A DNA stretch of 42,672 bases from Sedimentisphaerales bacterium (GTDB taxonomy: Bacteria > Planctomycetota > Phycisphaerae > Sedimentisphaerales > Anaerobacaceae): the NCBI GenBank assembly GCA_016933985.1, contig JAFGTU010000432.1:1-42672 (forward strand). Direction: 5' to 3'. Shown here piece after piece: positions 1 to 7,821 of the stretch. The notes beneath the pieces were generated by a model. That model had not been told where the DNA came from, made no database searches, and saw only the letters and a list, made by a program, of their open reading frames with translations. The position numbers and the translations under genes are program-made. Each line of letters starts with the position of its first letter. Position 1 is the stretch's first letter.

Positions 1-1
1 C

Positions 2-3000
2 AATACAGGCGTCGGGTTGGTCTCCGTCGAAACCAATTCAGATGGCGCTACCCAGATCAATGGCGGCTCTGTCAGAACGACAGGGACGCAGACGTACGAT
101 GATGATGTAACTCTTGGTGCGGATACTGAGCTAAACGGCAGTGAAGTAACGTTCGGCAAGAAGGTTGACGGGGCCGGCAAGTCGCTGACGGTTAATGCTG
201 GCGGGGTAACGATATTTGGAGGAGCTGTTGGTTCTGGTGGCGCTCTGGGTAGTGTTGAGACCGATGAGCCAGGAAGCACGGCTATCAACGGAGGTTCTGT
301 CTCGGCGGGGACGCAGACTTACAAGGACGATGTAACCCTTGGGTTTCCGACGACGGTACTGAGCGGCAGTGGCATCGAGTTCCGGCAGACCCTGAATGGG
401 GCCTCGGCATTAACGGTCAACACGACCGGCGGCGGATCGACAGTTTTCGGTGGTGCGGTTGGCGATACAACCGAGTTGCTGTCTGTCGAAACCAATTCGG
501 ATGGCTCTACCCGGATCAACGGCGATGTGACAACAACCGGTGACCAGATCTACCACGATGACGTCACGGTAGCAGGCGGCAAGAAGCTGGGAGCCGGTCA
601 GGATATAATCCTGGGAGACGGCAAGACCCTGACGGGTCTTGGGGCGTTGACGCTGGAGGCCAAGAGGAGTATTACGCTTGGTGGGGCGATGGGCGGCAAT
701 ATAAATGCAGCCGGCAAGTTGACGCTGAAAGCTGATGCTGTTGGCGGCGGTGCCGGCGATGTTCACGCCTACGGTACAATCAGGACGACCTCGGATGGGA
801 TAGATGCCAGCGGTGTTGATCTTACGTTTGAGAAGGCTGTTGAGTCGGCGGCGGGCATGAAGCTGAATGCGACGGGTAAGCTTTTGGCCACTGGCACGTT
901 GGATGCGAAGGGCGGGGATGTTGAGCTTTATGCATCAGATGATGCGGACAAGGGTATCAATCTTGAAGATAACGTGACGGCGAGCCGGGACATTTTGCTG
1001 AAGAACAATACCAAGGTATCGGGCGGGAAGACCCTTCAGTCGGGGCACGATGTAGTTTTAGCTGATGGCAAGACACTGACCGGCGAAGGTGATTTGACGG
1101 TCAATGCAATGAGCGGACAAATAGTGACCGACACTGCCGGAAGTAAACTCAAGATTCACATGAATGAAAACGACAGAACCCTTAGACTTACGCAGAAGGA
1201 ACGGCTTCTTTTGACGACGGGATTTGAGGTGACGGATAGTGGAGACCCTACCCCAAAGGACACACACCTTGTAGCAGAAGTTACCGGCGGCTCGTTGGAA
1301 GACAGCACCGCCGATCAGTGGAAATCTATAACGGCCACCACCCAAAGCGGAATCGCCTTGCGGGGCGCGGGCAACATTACAACCAACACGCTGAACTCCA
1401 CCGCAGGCAACATCTCGGTGCATTCAACAAACGGCAATCTTCGCGTCGATGGTAACGTAAATGAGGACCTCTCTGAAGATGCTAAGGGCGATAGTATAGG
1501 CGGCGTATTACTTCGTGCCGATGCCGGCAGGATTTATACATCCGGAGGCACCAATGATATACTGAACGTTAAGATAACGGGCAGATCTGATCAAGCTGCT
1601 GATATTGGCGTTGGGCTGCCATACGATTCTGCCAAGAAGGCGGCGATTGTGATTCAGAGTCACGATGACTTGAAGATAGGAGCGAACACCACGCTAACCG
1701 CCAAGGGGACGTATGACCCCATCAACTCAAATTCTGGAGCGGGCAGTGTTGATGATCGTGATGCTGTTGATTTTCAACGAGACGGAGATCCGATTGATAT
1801 TGCAGTCTATTTGGCCAGCCGGAACGCTGATGTGGCAGTTGACTCAAAGGTAACGCTTCCGACCGATAGCGGCGTGGCGACTATGGCTGTTGATGCCCTC
1901 GATACGGTCGAATTCAACGTGGATGGCAATGGTAGTTTTCAATCCTATGACAATTTCCACGCAGCCACCAGACTGGAGGCTGTCTCCCGAATCACAGAAA
2001 GTCTGAACCAGGCGGAATTTGAGAAGACACTGCCTTACGCCAGGGAAGTAGCCGGCGACCTGGCCCCAAGCTGGTTCAAGGGGGAAAGGTACGTACTGCG
2101 CGGCATGCCCTCAGCCGAAGTCCTCGGAATGGTAGGCCCCGCACCCGTAATCCCTCCACCCGTTCGGTTCGACCCCGAAGATCAAGAGGAGGTGGCCGTT
2201 GAAAAAGAGGACCCGAACATAGAGGATGATATCACGCTTGCATTCGGCGAGGATTTCTTCCAAGTGCCAATAGAAGGTGCTATGCGGGACATGATCGCTG
2301 TCGACAAAGAGATCACCAAAGAGCCACGCCTGAGAATTCAGAAGTACTGGCGTACACTCGATCCCAACAGAACTCCGAGTTCCGGGCAGGTAATCCTGAT
2401 CTTAAACAAGCAAATGGAGACCCTGGAAGAGCCTAACCGAAACAATGTTGGTCGGTTTGATCAAGCTCTACGCTCTAATCCAGCCGTAGGCCAATGGCTG
2501 GACGCCGTTGTTGGGTTCGTAGTAGACTCGAATGATGTATTCGGCCATGATGTGGACAAGCTGGCTGGCACGATTCAAGACAGATTCGTGCGCAGATTCA
2601 AAGCGACCAGCAAAGTGCAACAGTACATGGGCCGGTACATTAGAATAATGGCGCAGCCGCGCCAGGTTGCTCCGGCTCAAGAGACTACTGTTGAAAGTCC
2701 CGCTGAGGTTGTGGTGAGCGAAGCGGAGACCGTCACTGCTGATGCATCGTTGGCACAAGAGCCAACTGAGGCTCTTTTCCACAGTTCGGTCGTACCCACA
2801 GGCCGACAGATGCTCGACTATTGGAAAGTCATCGAAGAGACCTCGCCACAGGTCATCTCGATCTTGAGCAAGGAAGTTAAGGCCGTGCGGGAGTCGGCGA
2901 ATATCTCTCCACCCGAATTTGAGCAGATTCTACTCAAAAATCCTGTTGTCGGCCAATGGGCCGATGCCATGCTCGATTTCCTCTCGGGCATACACCAAAT

Positions 3001-3142
3001 CCAAGGCTCTATCAGAACCGAATTGGCTACTGAGATCTTTGACCGGGTGCTTCCCGCCGGTGAGATTGACGGTGAGGCTCAAGCGTCTATGATCAGGCAC
3101 ATAATGCAGGAACTCACCTACCGTCAAATCCACCTCGATTAG
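2..3142 (+). CDS. Large repetitive beta-helix/adhesin-like surface protein, 5'-truncated by the window edge
   Basis: The frame is open from nt 2 (NTGVGLV precedes the first codon of track ORF 17..3142), so the gene starts upstream of the window. The N-terminal third consists of ~76-aa Gly/Thr/Val-rich units (SVETNSDG.T.INGGSV..GTQTY.DDVTLG...LTVN..GG.T.FGGAVG), typical of secreted beta-helical adhesin/hemagglutinin-like proteins. The C-terminal part carries a duplicated ~85-aa module. No precise family assigned. Confidence 0.6.
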   Translation, partial: NTGVGLVSVETNSDGATQINGGSVRTTGTQTYDDDVTLGADTELNGSEVTFGKKVDGAGKSLTVNAGGVTIFGGAVGSGGALGSVETDEPGSTAINGGSVSAGTQTYKDDVTLGFPTTVLSGSGIEFRQTLNGASALTVNTTGGGSTVFGGAVGDTTELLSVETNSDGSTRINGDVTTTGDQIYHDDVTVAGGKKLGAGQDIILGDGKTLTGLGALTLEAKRSITLGGAMGGNINAAGKLTLKADAVGGGAGDVHAYGTIRTTSDGIDASGVDLTFEKAVESAAGMKLNATGKLLATGTLDAKGGDVELYASDDADKGINLEDNVTASRDILLKNNTKVSGGKTLQSGHDVVLADGKTLTGEGDLTVNAMSGQIVTDTAGSKLKIHMNENDRTLRLTQKERLLLTTGFEVTDSGDPTPKDTHLVAEVTGGSLEDSTADQWKSITATTQSGIALRGAGNITTNTLNSTAGNISVHSTNGNLRVDGNVNEDLSEDAKGDSIGGVLLRADAGRIYTSGGTNDILNVKITGRSDQAADIGVGLPYDSAKKAAIVIQSHDDLKIGANTTLTAKGTYDPINSNSGAGSVDDRDAVDFQRDGDPIDIAVYLASRNADVAVDSKVTLPTDSGVATMAVDALDTVEFNVDGNGSFQSYDNFHAATRLEAVSRITESLNQAEFEKTLPYAREVAGDLAPSWFKGERYVLRGMPSAEVLGMVGPAPVIPPPVRFDPEDQEEVAVEKEDPNIEDDITLAFGEDFFQVPIEGAMRDMIAVDKEITKEPRLRIQKYWRTLDPNRTPSSGQVILILNKQMETLEEPNRNNVGRFDQALRSNPAVGQWLDAVVGFVVDSNDVFGHDVDKLAGTIQDRFVRRFKATSKVQQYMGRYIRIMAQPRQVAPAQETTVESPAEVVVSEAETVTADASLAQEPTEALFHSSVVPTGRQMLDYWKVIEETSPQVISILSKEVKAVRESANISPPEFEQILLKNPVVGQWADAMLDFLSGIHQIQGSIRTELATEIFDRVLPAGEIDGEAQASMIRHIMQELTYRQIHLD
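23..700 (+). repeat. In-frame tandem coding repeat, period ~228-231 nt (~76-77 aa), at least 3 units, continuing upstream of the window
   Basis: Units start at nt 23, 251 and 482, each opening with SVET(N/D)..G.T.ING and containing TQTY.DDVTLG and (I/V)FGGAVG. Residues before nt 23 look like the end of a preceding unit. Confidence 0.8.
2333..3055 (+). repeat. Duplicated ~85-aa C-terminal module of the adhesin-like protein (copies at 2333-2599 and 2804-3055)
   Basis: Copy 1 is RIQKYWRTL..QVILILNKQMETLEEP...FDQALRSNPAVGQWLDAVVGFV...IQDRFV. Copy 2 is RQMLDYWKVIEETSPQVISILSKEVKAVRES...FEQILLKNPVVGQWADAMLDFL...EIFDRVL. The shared core is NP(A/V)VGQW(L/A)DA. Confidence 0.6.
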
Positions 3143-3188
3143 GCCCGTGGGATGGGTGTTGCTGCAAGAGGTATTCTATCGGCGGCTC

Positions 3189-6100
3189 TCAGTTCTGAAC
3201 CTGTGGAATGTTCACGACGACTCGGAAGCCCACGTCGCAGCCGGTATCGGTGTCTGCCTTGAGTCTGACAGATCTCATGCCTGGAGGGGCAAGACATGAG
3301 CCGCCATACAGGATATAGCTGGATCCATCTTTGCACCATTCCCACACGTTACCCTCAAGATCACATAGCCCGGATCCATTGGTGATAACAGGCTGTGGCC
3401 ACCACTGGTATCCGGTATCGGGCGCGATTTTCGAGGTGTCACGATCTTCAGCAACACCTAATGGTTCTCGATCATTAGTCGCCTTCTGCGGATCGTATGC
3501 TTCCATTGCCATCTTCCATGCACTTGACCTTAGGTGGGCCTTGCGTTGGTTTAGCCCTCTGCTATTGGCGAATTCGATAGCAGCCCGGAATTGGCCCGTC
3601 GTCGGCAAACTGGCTTTGAGACTATTTGCGTAGGCGAACGCTCCATAGTGGGTAACATAAGTCACGGGGTAATCGAATCTCTCTCTGGAGAGGACAAGTT
3701 GATCACTCTTGTAGAGACGTGGACACAGTCCCGGGATTTCAGAATACGGGTTAATAAGCATGATGGACTCCCTTCCATCAACATATCTGACCGAGTTATC
3801 AAGATCATCAAAGCGGATGTTACTCTTTATATCCGGCTGTTTCAGGAACATGTCGTATTGCTCATTTGTTGTCTCGTGAAGAGCCATATAGAAGGGCGGT
3901 ATTCGCTCAGCCGGATCGCTCGTGACATATATGAATATTGCACCAGGCTCGCCCGATCTCAATCTCGTGCCTCTTATGCTTGAATAGACGTATCTTGGCC
4001 ATGCGTTACCCTGGTTGTCCAATTCAAAGCGGTCCTTGAAAGCTCTATCATAGTCTCCATCGGTTCCGGTATCCCAATTCCATACTTTGTCCCAGCTATC
4101 GACAGCCGGAACGAGGGGCATGTAATACATAAATAGATTCGATCCGCTGAACTTCGCATCTTCACTGCGGAAAAGCAGGACATTTCCGTCTATTTCAAGG
4201 TGCGCGAAGCGGTCCGGCTTAATGTGACGCCTGATGGCGGAATAATGGTCACTGAGTTTCCTGAACAAGCCGGGGTACTTGCCGATATCATCATCGTTCT
4301 TCATGATAGCAGGCAGGGGCAGAATCTCGTTGTTGAGCGTTGCCTTAGTGACGCTGTAATCTTCAATAGCAGCCTTTAACGCACCCGGATTGCGTATCTT
4401 GCCCTGTACTTCCAGACGTTGTGTCTTAAGGATTACGTTTTCGATCTTCCTAAATTCATCTTCACATGCCTGCGTGTTGCGGGGATCGTTCGGTATCCAG
4501 CGATACCGTTCTGCAAGCCGGATCCAGCCATCGATATCATTTAGATCATCGGGATAGCCTGGGTCCTTAGCAAGCCCTGTCGTGTCATAGCGTCCCGGCC
4601 AGTTTGGATCTGCAATGAATTTTGAGAGCTTTCCAGCAATTAGGTTGAGATAATCCTTCTTAGCTTTGATTGCGCTCTCATCCATACTAAGCTCCGATAC
4701 ATAAGTCAGAGTCCTGTCATCCACTCCTATGTTCTTTGCCTTTATTTGCTCCTGATGTTTCTTGATGCTGATGAGAAGTGGATCTGGTTCAGGAGGAGAA
4801 ACCAGTCCGTCGTATTCGTCGCATGCCTGTTTGAAGCGTTTTTGTCGCAGATCGTCCTTTGGGAGATTATTGAAATCCGCGAATTTCTGTAGCCTAGTGC
4901 GGACATCGGCCTCTTTCACCACGGCGTCTTTGGGCCATTTTCCTGAGACGTTGGGATCTGCGATCCTTGCCCATGCTGCGAAAATAGCCTCCGGTTGTGA
5001 ATTGTCAGAGCCGGCAATCTTGACCAGTTCACTTGTGTTGAGTTCCTCGGCAATCTCGTTTAGCTTCTTCACTCTGTCGATGAGGGCCTTTACTTCAGGT
5101 TGACTGTTCGCATCAGACATGAATTCATTGAGCGTAGTGATGCCGTTTTCAAACACAGAACTAACGGAACGTCCCCCTCCCCCCCCCGGCTTGTCATCGA
5201 GAACGTAACAGGCATCAAACCATGTCTCGACATTATTGAAATCCTTCGCAACCTGAGATAACCCATTTGCCCATGTCCTGAACTTCTGTGTTTCGTCCCG
5301 GATTAGGGCGGTATTGGGATCGAAGTCTTCGAGGGCTTGAATTTGCCCGGCCAATTCGCTCTGATTCGGTTGTTTCTCAAGATCCAGTCCTGTTCTGCTC
5401 TTAATGATTTCCCGGAGCTTCCTGTCACGAGCCACAACGTACATGTCATTGAGCCCATAGCGCCGGACTTTCCCTGAGCCAATGTCTTGAATGTCTGAAG
5501 GAACAGCCTCATCCAACCTCATAAGATTACCACGAACGGTCTCAACCTCTTCTCTCCGCTTCTGGCTTTCTACGGTCGACGAGTCGGAGACCAATTTTGC
5601 CTGGGCTTGCCAACCACGGTACAAGAACCACGGTTTCTTGACCGAATTACTATCTGCCAAGATTTGCATATTCGGAAGATCGTTCCACCATTTCTGGTCC
5701 CCCATTCTCTTGCGGTACGTGGACTCGCAGGTTATCCAAACGGCTCTTGGCGAGTTGCTGTCCCCCGCAACTGCCTCCTGGCGGCTCGGTCCGTCCATTT
5801 TTTCAAGGAAGTAGCTGATATCATCCAGGTAGTCCTTCGAACCTGGTTGCAGTCCGTCCTTTGGTGTTAGCTTGCAGATGTTCTCTATAGCTAATAACAT
5901 GCGATTCATGTGACTATTTTCTATGCCGTTCGCATCCGCAGGAGGCGGGTTGATACTTTCGATCCAACTTTTCAAAGTGCCTGGAAGCTTGCGTAACCCA
6001 TATTTCCTCAACTCTGGGATTCGTTGGTCGCCAGTTTTCTTAAGGATTTGCCAGGGAGGACCATACCTATTGAAATCGTCGTCGCCAAGATACGCTCTGA

Positions 6101-7208
6101 AATTGCCGATCAACTCTTCCTTCAGTTTCTCTAGTTTGTCGGGATCACGTCCGTTCTTACTAAGGTGAGCGTTTGCATATTCTTTTGCTTTTTTCTGCTC
6201 GTCAGATGTCTTGCTCTCAGGGTCGCTGGCAAGGTTGTCAATATCTTCAACAAGAATCCAGCGACAGACTACAAGCTTGTCGTCGATGTAGGCAGGTAGT
6301 TGTGGCCGGTGTTTATAAAGGTAATTGATCCAACTCGTATTGCTTTCGATATTGATGTGAGGTTTAAGGTGAATGCTTATCAGGAGAATGCCTGCAATCG
6401 CTGTGGCACTCAATGCCCCCCCAATGACAAACCATTTTCGCCGAATGGGTGACCGTGCCAGGGGCTCCATTGCGGCCAATTCTTGGGCCAGTTGGGTGAG
6501 GTCTTTGCTGGTTCGCTGAAGTGCTGCGTCAATCAAGCGGCGGCACAGGTTCCTCCAGTCGTCCGCGCTCTTGCCGAGCGCTCGCCACTGTTCGGAGTCA
6601 GGGATTTGCCGATGGTCCAACATGGCCGATGAGCTGTGCGTTACGAGTTGGTAAATCAACTCGGCAACGTCACGCATGTCGGCCGCCCAGTGGACTTCGG
6701 GGTCGAGATGCCGGCGCGCAACTGGATCGCAAAGCACAACTTCGGCGTTCGGCAGGTCCAAATGCTGGGAGATCAAGATATTGCTGGGCTTGAGGTTGCC
6801 GTGGGGCCGGCCCAAAGCCTGTTTGAGTTCCAGCAGCCCGCACACCACTGACTTGACGATATTGTGAAGCGCTGCGGCACTTAGTCGCACATGCCCATCG
6901 ATAAGCTGCTGGGCCGAGCAGGCGTACTTGTCGGTTGCATAGTACGATCCCTCCGGTGCCGAGCCCTGGTCGTAAACCGGCGCCCAGTGCCCCGCCCCCG
7001 CTGCGGCGGCCTCTTGCTGGACTTTTGCGCTATCGAAAAACGCCTCGGCCTGATTCTTCGTTTCCTCACCCTCCCAAAATGAGGGCGGCCGAAAGACCTT
7101 AATCGCAAATTCTTTCCCCGGCTTGGCTGCTGACCGAGCGCTATAAACCGAATTCAGGCCTTTTTCGTGAAGCAAAACCTCGATGCTGTAGTGACCGAGA
7201 GTCGCCAT
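3189..7208 (-). CDS. Membrane-spanning Ser/Thr-kinase-like protein (degenerate catalytic motifs, probable pseudokinase) with a C-terminal FGE-sulfatase (SUMF1-like) domain
   Basis: aa 1-250 follow the Hanks kinase layout: EFAIKVF, HGNLKPSNILIS in place of HRDLKPxN, LCDPV in place of DFG, and DPE...DVAELIYQLVT. One TM helix is present (WFVIGGALSATAIAGILLISI, about nt 6366-6437). About 800 aa are unassigned. The last ~237 aa (nt 3192-3905) carry FGE-sulfatase signatures: PPFYMALHETTNEQY, YPVTYVTHYGAFAYANSL..LPTTGQF, GNVWEWCKD, YGGS and GFRVV. Confidence 0.8.
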   Translation of the reverse strand: MATLGHYSIEVLLHEKGLNSVYSARSAAKPGKEFAIKVFRPPSFWEGEETKNQAEAFFDSAKVQQEAAAAGAGHWAPVYDQGSAPEGSYYATDKYACSAQQLIDGHVRLSAAALHNIVKSVVCGLLELKQALGRPHGNLKPSNILISQHLDLPNAEVVLCDPVARRHLDPEVHWAADMRDVAELIYQLVTHSSSAMLDHRQIPDSEQWRALGKSADDWRNLCRRLIDAALQRTSKDLTQLAQELAAMEPLARSPIRRKWFVIGGALSATAIAGILLISIHLKPHINIESNTSWINYLYKHRPQLPAYIDDKLVVCRWILVEDIDNLASDPESKTSDEQKKAKEYANAHLSKNGRDPDKLEKLKEELIGNFRAYLGDDDFNRYGPPWQILKKTGDQRIPELRKYGLRKLPGTLKSWIESINPPPADANGIENSHMNRMLLAIENICKLTPKDGLQPGSKDYLDDISYFLEKMDGPSRQEAVAGDSNSPRAVWITCESTYRKRMGDQKWWNDLPNMQILADSNSVKKPWFLYRGWQAQAKLVSDSSTVESQKRREEVETVRGNLMRLDEAVPSDIQDIGSGKVRRYGLNDMYVVARDRKLREIIKSRTGLDLEKQPNQSELAGQIQALEDFDPNTALIRDETQKFRTWANGLSQVAKDFNNVETWFDACYVLDDKPGGGGGRSVSSVFENGITTLNEFMSDANSQPEVKALIDRVKKLNEIAEELNTSELVKIAGSDNSQPEAIFAAWARIADPNVSGKWPKDAVVKEADVRTRLQKFADFNNLPKDDLRQKRFKQACDEYDGLVSPPEPDPLLISIKKHQEQIKAKNIGVDDRTLTYVSELSMDESAIKAKKDYLNLIAGKLSKFIADPNWPGRYDTTGLAKDPGYPDDLNDIDGWIRLAERYRWIPNDPRNTQACEDEFRKIENVILKTQRLEVQGKIRNPGALKAAIEDYSVTKATLNNEILPLPAIMKNDDDIGKYPGLFRKLSDHYSAIRRHIKPDRFAHLEIDGNVLLFRSEDAKFSGSNLFMYYMPLVPAVDSWDKVWNWDTGTDGDYDRAFKDRFELDNQGNAWPRYVYSSIRGTRLRSGEPGAIFIYVTSDPAERIPPFYMALHETTNEQYDMFLKQPDIKSNIRFDDLDNSVRYVDGRESIMLINPYSEIPGLCPRLYKSDQLVLSRERFDYPVTYVTHYGAFAYANSLKASLPTTGQFRAAIEFANSRGLNQRKAHLRSSAWKMAMEAYDPQKATNDREPLGVAEDRDTSKIAPDTGYQWWPQPVITNGSGLCDLEGNVWEWCKDGSSYILYGGSCLAPPGMRSVRLKADTDTGCDVGFRVVVNIPQVQN

Positions 7209-7248
7209 CCGCCTCCTTCTATCGCCCGGCTTATCGGTAAGGTCCCAG

Positions 7249-7776
7249 TTAGTTGGAGCACTTGTCTCCGGCTACACTGATTTCCCCGCTGTCGATAGTG
7301 ATTTCAAGAGTGCACTTCTTCCAGCATTTCTTATAGTCCAACGACACTGGACGTGGGGTCGGATTGTTTGTGTCTTCATAGGGCAGGATCAGAACATATA
7401 AGTCGACAGCTCCCAGTTGCTTCCAAGTCTGCCATATAGAATCATCCTTCTCCACTGTGCGGAGCATGGTTCCTCCGTTGTCCATCTTGGCCGTTGAGAC
7501 ATTCGGATTGTCTCGGAATTCTATTATCTTCTGGTATCTACCCTGCTCGGCCGCGGTGCGTACGTCACTTATACTTTTCCAATAATCCCTCATCCTGACG
7601 GTGTCCCAACGCCACCTCGCCTTCTCTTCGGGATTAACGCCAACCAAATCCACGCGCAGGCGCCGGTTTTCATACCCAACGGCACGAACATCGATTCTGG
7701 GATCGCAGGTGCAACCCGCCGAGACAACTACTACGCCCAGCCACAACATTTGCCATTTTGACAACGGAATTCTCAT
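7249..7776 (-). CDS. Small lipoprotein (175 aa), a candidate TssJ-like or TagQ-like T6SS outer-membrane lipoprotein
   Basis: Start refined to ATG at 7776: AAGGAG at 7783-7788 lies 6 nt upstream, and the track start at 7809 has no SD. The signal peptide plus lipobox reads MRIPLSKWQMLWLGVVVVSAG|C. The mature part of ~150 aa looks mostly beta. It lies between the 661-aa gene and the kinase/FGE gene. Confidence 0.6.
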   Translation of the reverse strand: MRIPLSKWQMLWLGVVVVSAGCTCDPRIDVRAVGYENRRLRVDLVGVNPEEKARWRWDTVRMRDYWKSISDVRTAAEQGRYQKIIEFRDNPNVSTAKMDNGGTMLRTVEKDDSIWQTWKQLGAVDLYVLILPYEDTNNPTPRPVSLDYKKCWKKCTLEITIDSGEISVAGDKCSN

Positions 7777-7821
7777 GGCCAACTCCTTTCCGCACTCGCA
7801 AATCTTCAATATTTGACGTGC

